This document shows positions 34,255-44,366 of a stretch of DNA of 64,000 nucleotides, piece after piece. A program made the translations under genes and the position numbers. A model generated the notes under the pieces. The model was not told where the DNA came from. It saw only the letters and a program-made list of their open reading frames with translations, and made no database searches. The first letter of the stretch is position 1. Each line of letters begins with the position of its first letter. The stretch lies in the IMG/VR virus record IMGVR_UViG_3300009945_000011, positions 18,847 to 82,846 of that record, one strand, 5' to 3'. This DNA is from a virus (taxonomy: Duplodnaviria > Caudoviricetes).

Positions 34255-36185
34255 TGGTGATGTTTATGATCATTGAAAGACAGCCTGTTGCTTTTCCTAG
34301 GATCCAAAGGTCAACACAGCCAATCAACATCACCAGGACTGATCTTGCTATTCCTCGTATCCAACGTTCGTCACAACAACTGGCTATAGCTCGGCAAGAT
34401 GTTCGTAACAAGAATCCCATTACAGCTATGGTTCCGCTGAGCGGATCGCTTGTTGGGTATCGGCGTGCCCCTGGTAATTCGTCACAGTCGCAGTCGTTTT
34501 CTCTCACGAGTAGTGGCGCCCTGCGCTGGCGGCCTGCACCTGGGGCGCTGATGAACCTGCTCCCCAACGAGTCATTCGATGCCTCAAGCCCCCTCCCGTG
34601 GTCTCCTGGTATGCAACTGGCCCGCGTCACCAGCCCACGGACGCACGGAGCCTGGAGCCTCCAGGGCACAGTGACACAGCCGTCTGGCCATCATTTCCAG
34701 CACAATACGCGGGCTGCCATCACACCAGGAACCTGGACGTTTTCCATGGATATTTTCAACGCAAACAGCGCGGCCAGGATGGTGAAATTATGGCTCCATA
34801 GCGTCTCCTCGCCCGTCTTTTCCCTGCCGCCTGGACAATGGACACGTGTGGCCTGGACATTTACCGTCCCAGCGGACGTCACGCCTATGCGGCAGGCGAG
34901 CGGTACCAGAGATGACAGCGCAAACCCGTGGCAGGTCGGTGATGTTTTTTACTTCGACGCCACGACGCTGTCGCCGTCGAGCTCCGCGGCCTTCTTTGAT
35001 GGCAGTGTTGCAGGGGCGACGTGGATTGACCTGATTACGGGCCAGCTTGGCACGATGGGCCAACACGAGGCTGTCGAGAGGGTCATGGCGCTCGTCGAAG
35101 AGGGGACGACGAATGAAATCCTTGATCCACTGGACAATAACCAGGGGCTCCACTGGGAGCCTGGTGCGGGAACCTCTACGAATTACGGCGGAGGAGGTGC
35201 GATATTTGAGCCGCAAATCCTCCGTACAACGGGATTTCCCGTCCTCACCATGCCTGCTGGCGGATGGTATGGCCTGAAAGCCTCGGTGGCTCCTGCGGTG
35301 AGTGCGGGACAGACGCGGACGGCACAGGCGATCGTCCTCGCTACGGGCAATGCCACGCTAGCACTGGACCTCGTTGGGCTGGATGCGAGCAACGCCGTGA
35401 CGGAGACCTTGAGCCAGACGTTCGCCGTATCAGCCAACACCCAGACGACGCTCGTCCTCACGGCAACCTTTGCCAATGCGAGCACGGTGAAATATGTCCC
35501 GCGCCTGCGTAACGCTGGGAGCGGTTACGCGATGGTGTATTTTGGGTACCTGGGCTGTGAGGCAAAACCCTATGCCACCACGTGGTGCACGGGGAATATG
35601 GGCACAGGCTACTCCTGGGCGGGAACGGCGCACGCGAGCGCGAGCAGCAGGTTGGACACGAATGTTCTCGTTCCGAATGGGAGCAGCTTGCCATACGGCG
35701 ATCCCGCTCCGCCGTTCTCGGTCGCGTTCTGGCTCGTGAAACTCATTACGCCGCCAACGAGTAAGTTGCTTTTTGCAGCTAACCATTCGAGTAATTGGCC
35801 TAATGGACCAGGACTAATATCACGTTCTGATGGGACAATGGCGTTTGCTGCTAAGGCCGATGGTTCTTACTCTATCATAACCCCCAATCCCGTTCCTGTC
35901 GGCGAGTTGCATCACTATTGCGGCACATGGGACGGGACCACGTGGAGGTTTTACTTTGATGGGGTTCTTGTTGGTTCGAATACTAGTTATGCTCCTAAGA
36001 TTATTGACGGTTACAACGTATTCGGCGGATCGTTAGTCCCAGGATTTGCCGTGGGCGGCCTCCTCTATGCTGATAGGGCCTTTACTGATCAAGAGGTGGC
36101 TGCTATTTATAATGAGGGACATGCTAACAATTTATTCGGTTTCAACCGCTCACATCCTCACATACTTGAACGTCAGGCTGCTTAG
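34254..36185 (+). CDS. Mosaic fibre/adhesin-like protein with CBM-like and C-terminal LamG domains
   Basis: NLLPNESFD and NEILDPL CBM-like starts; FSVAFWL...HHYCGTWDGTTWRFYFDG LamG; RAFTDQEVAAIYN. Confidence 0.7.
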   Translation: MVMFMIIERQPVAFPRIQRSTQPINITRTDLAIPRIQRSSQQLAIARQDVRNKNPITAMVPLSGSLVGYRRAPGNSSQSQSFSLTSSGALRWRPAPGALMNLLPNESFDASSPLPWSPGMQLARVTSPRTHGAWSLQGTVTQPSGHHFQHNTRAAITPGTWTFSMDIFNANSAARMVKLWLHSVSSPVFSLPPGQWTRVAWTFTVPADVTPMRQASGTRDDSANPWQVGDVFYFDATTLSPSSSAAFFDGSVAGATWIDLITGQLGTMGQHEAVERVMALVEEGTTNEILDPLDNNQGLHWEPGAGTSTNYGGGGAIFEPQILRTTGFPVLTMPAGGWYGLKASVAPAVSAGQTRTAQAIVLATGNATLALDLVGLDASNAVTETLSQTFAVSANTQTTLVLTATFANASTVKYVPRLRNAGSGYAMVYFGYLGCEAKPYATTWCTGNMGTGYSWAGTAHASASSRLDTNVLVPNGSSLPYGDPAPPFSVAFWLVKLITPPTSKLLFAANHSSNWPNGPGLISRSDGTMAFAAKADGSYSIITPNPVPVGELHHYCGTWDGTTWRFYFDGVLVGSNTSYAPKIIDGYNVFGGSLVPGFAVGGLLYADRAFTDQEVAAIYNEGHANNLFGFNRSHPHILERQAA

Positions 36186-36193
36186 ATACGGAG

Positions 36194-36568
36194 TTGACTA
36201 TGGCAAACGTTGCTGGTAATTTTACTATTACCCGTGGGGATACCTATAAAGAAAATTGGGTCATCAAGGACGAGAGCGGCACGCCGATCAACATTACAGG
36301 GGGCAAGCTCTATTTTACGTTGAAGAACTCTGTCTCTGATCCTGATCCAGGTGCCCTTCAGTTGACGAGCGCTACAGGTGAAGGAATTACGATCACGGAT
36401 GCCCCAAACGGTGCCGCCACGATGACGATGACATCAGCACAAACGGCTGCTCTTAATGTGCAAACATACTATTATGACATTCAGTATAAGAGCTCTTCTG
36501 GAGAGATTTTTACGCTTGCTAGGGGTACCATGACGGTAGAGAGTGATGTCACGCAATCCACGAGCTAG
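36194..36568 (+). CDS. BppU-N-like Ig-fold virion protein
   Basis: ITRGDT...PINITG...YYYDIQ pattern. Confidence 0.65.
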   Translation: MTMANVAGNFTITRGDTYKENWVIKDESGTPINITGGKLYFTLKNSVSDPDPGALQLTSATGEGITITDAPNGAATMTMTSAQTAALNVQTYYYDIQYKSSSGEIFTLARGTMTVESDVTQSTS

Positions 36569-36574
36569 TGTCCA

Positions 36575-36829
36575 ATGTCGGGTGAACACCGAAGGCGGAA
36601 TAGGCAGTGGGTTGAGCAATATAAAGCTAAACACCCTTGCGCGTTCTGTGGTGAGGCTCACCCAGCGTGCCTAGAATTCCACCACGTGGATACCGCGAAT
36701 AAGCGTGAAACAATCTCGGCACTTGTCAATGGTGGCGCTGGTATTGATCGGATTAAACAAGAGATAAGCAAGTGTATCGTAGTGTGTGCTAATTGTCATC
36801 GTAAACTTCATTGGAAGGGTTCTCGATGA
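36575..36829 (+). CDS. HNH endonuclease
   Basis: CAFCG...LEFHHVD...CIVVCANCHRKLH. Confidence 0.88.
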   Translation: MSGEHRRRNRQWVEQYKAKHPCAFCGEAHPACLEFHHVDTANKRETISALVNGGAGIDRIKQEISKCIVVCANCHRKLHWKGSR

Positions 36830-36940
36830 ATAAGCCTGTTCTTGTATTTCATAATCAAAGACCACATATCCGCGCTCTTTCTCGCAGGCCAAATCTTGTG
36901 TGGGAAAATACAAGACCATGTTTGAGGTGGATGTTCTAAA

Positions 36941-37291
36941 ATGCCAGTGATTCAAGCTGACCGCATATTCCTTGGAGATACATACAGTATTAAGTATGAG
37001 TCGCTTGAGCCAGTTGATGAGGGTCCCAATAGTTACAACTTTAACAAGACCCCACTCAATCCTTCTGCGGCATATGTTTCCCTCTATGACGTGCAAAATG
37101 GTGTATTCATACCGCTGAATCCACCAAATAACGAGGCTATTGCTACTGTTGTGGACAACATCATCTCGTACACTATTGCAGCGTCATTCTTTCCAGCGTC
37201 TGGTGATTACAAGGTCTTTACGCGGGTCGTTTACCCAGATGGCCGCGCTGCTACCGAAATGAGGAAAGTGAAGGTTATCGAGAAGGCGTAA
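36941..37291 (+). CDS. Second BppU-N-like protein
   Basis: IFLGDT...GDYKVFTRVVYPDG beta-sandwich pattern. Confidence 0.5.
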   Translation: MPVIQADRIFLGDTYSIKYESLEPVDEGPNSYNFNKTPLNPSAAYVSLYDVQNGVFIPLNPPNNEAIATVVDNIISYTIAASFFPASGDYKVFTRVVYPDGRAATEMRKVKVIEKA

Positions 37292-37292
37292 T

Positions 37293-37475
37293 ATGTGGCG
37301 ACAGCAGCGTGAAGAACGGGACACTGACAAAAAAAGGTACTCTCGGGAGTCACATAAGGAATGTGAGCGCCGTGCCCGAGAGTACCTTGGTCCTATTTCT
37401 GAAGATGATTTAGAACACATGGATGAATGCTGTGACTTCGAGGTATTTGAACCAATCAGGAAGCGGAAACGTTAG
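37293..37475 (+). CDS. Small charged hypothetical protein
   Basis: 60-aa ORF abutting previous stop. Confidence 0.45.
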   Translation: MWRQQREERDTDKKRYSRESHKECERRAREYLGPISEDDLEHMDECCDFEVFEPIRKRKR

Positions 37476-38365
37476 CTCCAAATGCGATTGTATCCGCTCC
37501 TGATGTTCGTTTTCGTGATGCGAGCGTACCTTCTTGTCGTCTTTGGGTCTTTATGCCGCAGCAGGTCCTGGACAAGTGCTAGGTTACCAGTCTTTTCCAG
37601 GGCAAGCGTGGCAAATCCATGCCGAAGCGTGTGTGGCGTAATCTCTGGCGAGAGACCAGCTTTCTTCACAGCCTTCGCGAAGACGCGGCTAAATGTGCTG
37701 CTGTTGAGTGGCTTGAGACCAACGTGTCTGCTTGCTGGTCCATAGTACCCATAGAAGACATACTCGCTCTCGTCAAAGATACTGGCGAACTCGCGGAGTT
37801 CAGCAAGGACATCTTCTCGGAGTGGTACAAAGTGCTCATCCCCTCCTTTACCAACGATGATTATCCCGTCTTCGAGGACGTTTTTCCGCTTCAACGTCAA
37901 GGTTTCGTTGAGCCGAAGGCCGCCGTAAAAGAGCAGCTTCGTGACCATGGCGTACTTCCATGCGGTATCATCATCTTCAAGAATTTCGTACATAGTCTTG
38001 ATGATCTTTGTGACATCTTCTTCCGTTACGAGCGGAGGAATCTTTTCTGTGATCTTGCGGAGACGCACTCCACTCGATGGATCAGCCCGCCTCGTCAGGC
38101 CACTCTTCTGGCCCCAGTCGAAGAGCCCGCGTGTTCCAGAAATAATCAAGTTGATCGTCTTTGGTGATACCTTATGTTGTTCGGCTGTGATCATGAATCG
38201 GTTGAAGTCATCACGCGAAAATTCTGTGATTGGCTTTCCGACAAGGCGCTCAGCTAGACCAAATACTGAACGATAGGTTTTGATTGTTTTCGTTGTTGCT
38301 GCTTGACCAGCGTACGCAAGCCCAAGCTGTTTCGAGCGCAAAAAATCATCAACAGTGAACTTCAT
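37472..38365 (-). CDS. XerC/D-like tyrosine recombinase
   Basis: GLRLNE (R), GKGG (K), HTLRHGFAT (HxxR), LRH, RRYA (Y); SAM-like N-domain; no arm-binding extension. Confidence 0.92.
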   Translation of the reverse strand: MKFTVDDFLRSKQLGLAYAGQAATTKTIKTYRSVFGLAERLVGKPITEFSRDDFNRFMITAEQHKVSPKTINLIISGTRGLFDWGQKSGLTRRADPSSGVRLRKITEKIPPLVTEEDVTKIIKTMYEILEDDDTAWKYAMVTKLLFYGGLRLNETLTLKRKNVLEDGIIIVGKGGDEHFVPLREDVLAELREFASIFDESEYVFYGYYGPASRHVGLKPLNSSTFSRVFAKAVKKAGLSPEITPHTLRHGFATLALEKTGNLALVQDLLRHKDPKTTRRYARITKTNIRSGYNRIWS

Positions 38366-38420
38366 CGTTTCCTCCTTTCACTCGTAGACCATACCCGTTC
38401 GTGACGAAGTATAGCGTCCA

Positions 38421-38999
38421 TTGTTGGACGCTGTCAAGACCTGGAGAGACCAAGCAATGACCTCAACGCGCTGGGACGAACTTTTTGGCCTCGTGGATGT
38501 AAGAGGCGACTTTGATGATCCTAGTAGTGCCCCTCGAATCCCCAAGCGTCCTGGTAGACCGCGTGGACGAAAGACCACGCCGAAGGAATCCATTGATACC
38601 ACGGAATCGCTTAAGGTTCTTGTGAACCGCATGCAGCCGTTTCTCAACGAGGAGCAGAAAGAATACTGGAATAATGTCATCAATGGAAAGCAGAATGTTG
38701 ATTGCCTTGAGGAAATGAAACTTCTCGTACGACAAATCAGTATTATTTTTCACAAAGTTGCCCTGGAACACTTCTACGAAGGGCGAGTTACCAAAGAACT
38801 CAGTGACATTGCCAATACAATGCGCATGAGCATTCGTGACTTGCATGAGATGCAACGGCAGGCTGCTGAGGCCGAAGAGAGGAGGAAGGAAAAGGAGCAG
38901 AGTAAGACCAATGATCTCATTCGAGTCACCGAGCATGGGTCCGCGATGGAAAGCCTTGAAACCATTCTTAGAGAATTTCACGTTGGAGCAGCGGCGTGA
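38421..38999 (+). CDS. terS: Probable terminase small subunit
   Basis: Position directly before terL, GRPRGRK basic patch, helical; start may be 38457. Confidence 0.55.
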   Translation: MLDAVKTWRDQAMTSTRWDELFGLVDVRGDFDDPSSAPRIPKRPGRPRGRKTTPKESIDTTESLKVLVNRMQPFLNEEQKEYWNNVINGKQNVDCLEEMKLLVRQISIIFHKVALEHFYEGRVTKELSDIANTMRMSIRDLHEMQRQAAEAEERRKEKEQSKTNDLIRVTEHGSAMESLETILREFHVGAAA

Positions 39000-40443
39000 G
39001 GTTATTGATCGGCTTTGTCTTGTTTATCCTGTATGGTTCTTCGAGCTTCTTACTGAAGTTGAGGGAAAGCCATTTATTCTTGAGGATTATCAGATAGCTT
39101 ATCTTCTTGACGAATCGCAATTCAAGATCACAAATAAAACGAGGCAAGCTGGGGCGTCATTAATCGTAGCCGCCGCGAAGTTCTGGAAAGCGTACCGAAA
39201 CGAGTATTACCGATGCGATATCGTGTCTATCAGCAAGAAGGAAGCTCAAAGCAAGATCACGTATATCTATGGCTTGTGGGATTCCTTGCCAAAACGATGG
39301 AAACACCCATTGACCGTGAACAACCAGTTTTCCATTGGTTTTCATGAAGGTTCTCGGCAGAGCATTATCAATTCGATGGCCGCTTCCTCAAGCATTCGTG
39401 GTGGCAAGAAGGACCTGGTTATTGATGAGGCAGCACATATCAAAAACATGGACCGCATCTTTGTGGCTGCTCTCCCTGCCACAATTCGTGGTCATGGGTG
39501 TTTTGACATCATCTCGACGCCGCTTGGCCAGCGTGGAAAGTTCTGGGAAATCTTCTCGAATCAGGACCGTCTCTATGATGAGTGGTCACGGCACCAGTTT
39601 GTCTGGTTCGACGTGAGCTTCTTCTGTACTAACAAGTACGAGGCAAGGCGGGTTTGGGAAGAAGAGTACCAGCAGAACTGGGCGTTCATGCCAGAGCTTG
39701 TTGAACGATTTGGGTCTGAGCGTCTAAAGCAGTACGCCAGGACGATGACGAACGAAGAATTTGAGCAGGAGTTCTGTGGTCGGTTCGTTGACGAGTCACA
39801 AGCCTTCTTCCCGTGGGAATTGATCCTTGCATGCCAAAAACATGACGAGAAACAGTCTGAAGAAGATGATGAATATTATGAGAAGTGGCTTCAAGGAAGA
39901 CCTGAGCACAATGATAATCCCGTCTACATTGGTATTGACTTTGCTGAGGGCAAGAAAGGTGGAGATAGTACCTCGATTCAGGTATTCGAGCGAATGAGTG
40001 ACGGTACACTGGTTCATCGCTTTTATGCCGATCTTGGTCATGAATCTGGTTATCGAGACTTTGACTCCCAGCTTGCCTATATCAACGACCTAATTCGACG
40101 GATGCGTCCCCAGGCTGTCCGCGTTGACGAAACTGGCCTGGGGCGCAAGCTTTCTGCCGACCTTCGGTCAGTTCATGGTAGTTTGATTGAACCGATCACG
40201 TTTACCAACCAGAATAAAGAGGAGATGGCTCTTAATGTCAAGGGCCTAATGGAACGTGGAAAGCTTGTTTTGCAGAAAGATAATCGCAGGCTCGCCGCCC
40301 AAATTCACAATATCAAGAGGGAAATCACTCCTTCTGGCAACATCCGTTATAGCGGTGAGCCGCATGACGACATGTTCTGGGCGCTCGCGCTTGCATGCAA
40401 GGGCCAGAACAAGCCAATCTTTCGTATTTTTACCCTGGATTAG
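38935..40443 (+). CDS. terL: Terminase large subunit
   Basis: KTRQAGAS Walker A, LVIDEAAH Walker B, ISTPLG coupling motif, IGIDFA and HDDMFWALALA nuclease residues; start uncertain (ATG 38935 or TTG 38983). Confidence 0.93.
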   Translation: MGPRWKALKPFLENFTLEQRREVIDRLCLVYPVWFFELLTEVEGKPFILEDYQIAYLLDESQFKITNKTRQAGASLIVAAAKFWKAYRNEYYRCDIVSISKKEAQSKITYIYGLWDSLPKRWKHPLTVNNQFSIGFHEGSRQSIINSMAASSSIRGGKKDLVIDEAAHIKNMDRIFVAALPATIRGHGCFDIISTPLGQRGKFWEIFSNQDRLYDEWSRHQFVWFDVSFFCTNKYEARRVWEEEYQQNWAFMPELVERFGSERLKQYARTMTNEEFEQEFCGRFVDESQAFFPWELILACQKHDEKQSEEDDEYYEKWLQGRPEHNDNPVYIGIDFAEGKKGGDSTSIQVFERMSDGTLVHRFYADLGHESGYRDFDSQLAYINDLIRRMRPQAVRVDETGLGRKLSADLRSVHGSLIEPITFTNQNKEEMALNVKGLMERGKLVLQKDNRRLAAQIHNIKREITPSGNIRYSGEPHDDMFWALALACKGQNKPIFRIFTLD

Positions 40444-40446
40444 AGG

Positions 40447-42042
40447 TTGCCTATGCAAGAGCAGCAAGAGCATCCAGTGCTTTATTTACCAGATGGCCGT
40501 GTGCACAAGGCTGCCTCTGAGGATGCGTCACAGCGCTCGTCATTCGGTCCCTTTGTGCTCTTTCGTGATGACTTGTATGGAGCACAGCCAAAAGTGGCCG
40601 ACTGGGCGTTGTACCTTGGCATGTATAAACAGCATCCGTATGTGAAGGCAGCGATTGATAAACTCGTCAAGGTTTGCACAAACACTGGGTTCGACTTTGT
40701 TCCTCGCGACTCCCGATCTGTTGTCCGCGACGATGAGTACCGCAAGGCACGGGAATTCTTTGATAAGCAGCCAGATTTTCTGGGCGAGTTGCGAAGAATC
40801 TACCGTGACCTGCTGATCTTTGGTGATGCGTATCTCTACATTGTTCCTGACCGCAAGCGGAGGCCAGCAAGAGTTAAGCGCCTTGCTCCCTGGTCAATTC
40901 ATATCAAGCCAAAACCGAATGGCGACCCAGAATACTTCGTCCAAAGCGATCCTTTTAACCCCAGCGGAGAGTCAGTCAAATTTTTTGAACATGAAATTAT
41001 TCACTTCAAGATCGATAACCCTGGTGACGATGTATATGGCCTCTCACCACTCGAAGCACTAAAGAATACCGTTGCTACTGACCTGTTTGCCATGACTTTC
41101 AATAAGAACTTCTTCAAGAATGGGGCAAGCACAGGTACGATCATCGTTATTGAGGAGGCCACTGAGGAAGACATTGAGCGCAACCGCCGCTGGATTCAAG
41201 AATCCTATGTTGGCACTGATAACGCGCATAAGCCCATTCTCATTGCTGGTAAGGTGCGTGTTGAACGCGGCATTGCCACGCACTCTGACATGAGCTTTCT
41301 TGAAGGCCGTGAACGAATTAAGCAAGAGATTCTTGCTGTTATTGATGTGCCGCCAGCGAAGATCGGTGACATGGAGACGGCTAATCGCTCCAACTCGAAA
41401 GAGCAGGACAAGTCGTTCCGATCTGAGAGTGTGAGCCCGCTCCAGCGTATCTTTGAGTCTAAGTTCAATGATCATTTCATTCGTGGCATTCTTGGGCTGA
41501 AGGATACAGTCTTCAAGCACTCTGAGGCCGATGTTCGTGATGCCCTTGAACTCGCTGATCTCAACGGACGCTACCTTGATCGCGGCGTCTTGACCATTGA
41601 TGAGGTGCGGGCCACGCTAGGTAAAGGTCCCGTTGATGGCGGCAATATTCCGACGATCATGACGCCAACGGGTGCGGTTCCTGTTGACCGCTTGAATCTC
41701 TACTTCCGATTACCGCAAGTCAACTATCCAGATGTTCCTCCTGTTCCAGAAGACCCACCACAGGGGGAAAGGGTACCACCGAGCCGAGAGCAGGCGGTAA
41801 CGGTTGAGCGAGCGTCACTTTCCGCTGCCGTGGATTACTTGCAAAAAGCCACGCAGCCGTCACTACGGCAAGCCTATGCGTTTATTCATGATGTGGCTGA
41901 GTCAGGAAGCAACTGGTTGATTGACAATGCAATGATGGCCGTGAAAAAAGCACTTGACACTAGTGATGTTCACTTGAAGCAGGCGTACGCGGAACGAGCG
42001 CTTGCCTATATCACGCAGTTACTGAGAGAGGGCGACGTATGA
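40447..42042 (+). CDS. Portal protein
   Basis: HPYVKAAI, LLIFGDAY, YGLSPLEA, FFKNGA, VPPAKIG, LTIDEVRATLG. Confidence 0.92.
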   Translation: MPMQEQQEHPVLYLPDGRVHKAASEDASQRSSFGPFVLFRDDLYGAQPKVADWALYLGMYKQHPYVKAAIDKLVKVCTNTGFDFVPRDSRSVVRDDEYRKAREFFDKQPDFLGELRRIYRDLLIFGDAYLYIVPDRKRRPARVKRLAPWSIHIKPKPNGDPEYFVQSDPFNPSGESVKFFEHEIIHFKIDNPGDDVYGLSPLEALKNTVATDLFAMTFNKNFFKNGASTGTIIVIEEATEEDIERNRRWIQESYVGTDNAHKPILIAGKVRVERGIATHSDMSFLEGRERIKQEILAVIDVPPAKIGDMETANRSNSKEQDKSFRSESVSPLQRIFESKFNDHFIRGILGLKDTVFKHSEADVRDALELADLNGRYLDRGVLTIDEVRATLGKGPVDGGNIPTIMTPTGAVPVDRLNLYFRLPQVNYPDVPPVPEDPPQGERVPPSREQAVTVERASLSAAVDYLQKATQPSLRQAYAFIHDVAESGSNWLIDNAMMAVKKALDTSDVHLKQAYAERALAYITQLLREGDV

Positions 42043-43412
42043 CGCACAAGAACTTCAAGATCACGATGCCGATTGCGAAGGCATATCAAGAAACCGTTGA
42101 TGGCATCACGAAACGGTATATTCATGGTATCGCGAGCGGAACCAATATTGATTTAGATCGGGAACGTATGGCAAACAGTGCCATTGAAGCCATGCAGAGA
42201 GCGATCAAGCAAGGCATTTATCTTCGCGATGGCACCTGGTCTCTTGTTCCACTGCGTGTCGGGCATCGCGATGAGTTTACCGATATCATTGGCTGGCTGG
42301 TGGACGCCTTTATTGATGAACACTACAACCTTCATGTCATCGCTGAGCTTGATGAGTCTAATCCTCATGCGGATATGCTCTATCGAAAATTAACTGTTCC
42401 TTCAGAAAATGGACGTATCGTTAAATTGGGGATGAGCGTTGGCGGAACAGTGCTCGACGCCGCGTTTGAGTGGAACGACTTCCTGGGAGAATTTATTGTC
42501 GTGTTCAATAACATTGCGTTGAAGGAGGTTAGTATTGTCAGCCAGCCCGCAAATCCGATCACATATGTAGAGGCTTTACAAAAGAGTTTGGATAAATCGC
42601 AAATCGCGATGGAGCAACGGGAAGGAAAGAATATGGAGAGCGACGGTGTGTTTGAGGAAGCTCAGAATCCAGAGATCGTTGAAAAGGCAGGACCTGATGC
42701 CATGCCGATGATCGAAGATGAGCAGGAGCCGCCGCTGTCTAGTTTTTCGCAGGTCGTGTTAAATTTTATCCAAGACATGATTACAACCTGCGAACAGCAG
42801 GTTTCCGCGTGTAGTGAACTTATTGCCTATCCATTCACGGAACCAGGAGAGTATCAGGAAGTCATTGACACGGCAAAAACGTTGATGGAATCTCGCTCTG
42901 AAGAGCTTCAACAGTGGCGAAGCTACATGGCGAGATTGTTTCCGAATATTGAAGATACAAGGGTAAAGTCTATGGAAGATGTCATTGACGTGAAGAAGGA
43001 TATTGACGCGATTTCTGAAGCGTTGCGGTCACTGCAAGATACCGTTAGTGGTCTAACGGACCTCGTCAAGTCTCTTGCTGAGCGTCACGTGGAAGCCCCT
43101 CGGCAAGATGAAGCATCTGACGCCGTGGAGAAGGCTCGCGTAGCTGAGCAGGAAGCTGAAGAGAAACCCGTGCTGACGATTGACGCCCTTGCGGAGATTA
43201 TGCGCCAGGAAATCGCGAAGGCAACCTCGCCATTGCTTGAGCGAATCCAGGAACTTGAGGAGCAGCCGATTGATAAGTCGATCGCGGTTCGTGTTCCCGA
43301 TACTGACCTGGTCAACGAGAATCCGATCGAGAAGTTCCAGCGCATGAGCAGCGGGCTATCTGGAACCGAAGTTCTACGTAAAGCCATCGAGGTTGCGTAT
43401 CTAGGTAACTAA
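42039..43412 (+). CDS. HK97-type prohead protease fused to scaffold coiled coil
   Basis: IHGIASGTNIDLDRERM, LRVGH (His), GMSVGG (Ser), LKEVSIVSQPANP; acidic helical C-half. Confidence 0.88.
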   Translation: MTHKNFKITMPIAKAYQETVDGITKRYIHGIASGTNIDLDRERMANSAIEAMQRAIKQGIYLRDGTWSLVPLRVGHRDEFTDIIGWLVDAFIDEHYNLHVIAELDESNPHADMLYRKLTVPSENGRIVKLGMSVGGTVLDAAFEWNDFLGEFIVVFNNIALKEVSIVSQPANPITYVEALQKSLDKSQIAMEQREGKNMESDGVFEEAQNPEIVEKAGPDAMPMIEDEQEPPLSSFSQVVLNFIQDMITTCEQQVSACSELIAYPFTEPGEYQEVIDTAKTLMESRSEELQQWRSYMARLFPNIEDTRVKSMEDVIDVKKDIDAISEALRSLQDTVSGLTDLVKSLAERHVEAPRQDEASDAVEKARVAEQEAEEKPVLTIDALAEIMRQEIAKATSPLLERIQELEEQPIDKSIAVRVPDTDLVNENPIEKFQRMSSGLSGTEVLRKAIEVAYLGN

Positions 43413-43436
43413 CTCTGGTATAAGGAGTATTTATAC

Positions 43437-44315
43437 ATGGACCAGATTAATTTTGATTTGAAGAAAGCTCTTGATACCTCTGTTACTTCTACTGGTGCTG
43501 ACTTGATTCCAGAGGTTGTCAGCGAGGGACTACGCAAATTTGTTGTGACGCTTTCGCCTGTATATGCCGTTTTGCCGAAGAAGATGTGGCCGTCGAACGC
43601 TTACATGTACCGTGAGGTTAATGCGCTTGCTTCTGCTACGTTTGCGGCTGACGGCGCGGCATTGCCATCCGCTTCTACTGGAACTTATGACGAGAAGGTC
43701 ATCAATGTCAAGTATGTGTATTCTCGCGGCGAAGTTACTGGCCCGCTGATCAAGGCCGCTCAGTCCTTCATTGATGTCCTTCAGGCTGAGATCGAGCTTC
43801 ATGCAAACGCGATCGTTCGCCAGGTTGAGCAACGGATTCTGACTGGCGACTCTACCATGAACTCCGCCGAGTTTGATGGATTCGTCAAGCAGATTACGCT
43901 CTCGAAGGATGCTGCGAATGCTCAGCTTTCGCTCGCCCTGCTCGATGAGATGCTTGACCTGCCTATCTCCTACCCGACGCACCTGATTATGACGAGGCCG
44001 ATGGGACGGCGGCTCTGGGCAATTATGCAGGCCCAGCAGCGGTTCATTAGCGAGGTTGATATTGCTGGTGGATTCCGTGTTTCGACCTACAACGGGTTGC
44101 CAGTTATCCGCGTGGACAACGCGATCACTGGGTTGACCAATATCGTCCTTGCACCAGACATGCGCTGGTCCTCACTCATTATCAATCAGGATATCACGTA
44201 TGAACCGCTGGCGAAGTCGAAAGACTCCGTGGATTTCATGCTGAAGATGTACTGTGCTCTTGCTGTCGAGGGTACCAACATCTTCCACGCGAAGCTGATT
44301 AACGTTAACCCGTAA
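43437..44315 (+). CDS. Major capsid protein (HK97 fold)
   Basis: GADLIPEVVS, ILTGDS...EFDGF, follows protease, strong RBS. Confidence 0.88.
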   Translation: MDQINFDLKKALDTSVTSTGADLIPEVVSEGLRKFVVTLSPVYAVLPKKMWPSNAYMYREVNALASATFAADGAALPSASTGTYDEKVINVKYVYSRGEVTGPLIKAAQSFIDVLQAEIELHANAIVRQVEQRILTGDSTMNSAEFDGFVKQITLSKDAANAQLSLALLDEMLDLPISYPTHLIMTRPMGRRLWAIMQAQQRFISEVDIAGGFRVSTYNGLPVIRVDNAITGLTNIVLAPDMRWSSLIINQDITYEPLAKSKDSVDFMLKMYCALAVEGTNIFHAKLINVNP

Positions 44316-44324
44316 TACCCACCT

Positions 44325-44350
44325 AGGGGCGGCCACAGAAGGCCGCCCCT
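44325..44350 (+). terminator. Hairpin after capsid gene (weak terminator or stabiliser)
   Basis: AGGGGCGGCC-ACAGAA-GGCCGCCCCT, poor U-tail. Confidence 0.55.
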
Positions 44351-44366
44351 TGTCCTGGAGGAGTCT

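Noticed and set aside
33226-37475. Lysis cassette
   Set aside because: No endolysin catalytic motif or holin-like membrane protein recognised; lysis genes are probably outside the window
27758-38365. Integron (recombinase plus attC hairpins)
   Set aside because: Hairpins lack GTTRRRY/RYYYAAC ends and extrahelical bases, and the recombinase shows no IntI-specific insertion; kept only as a loose analogy
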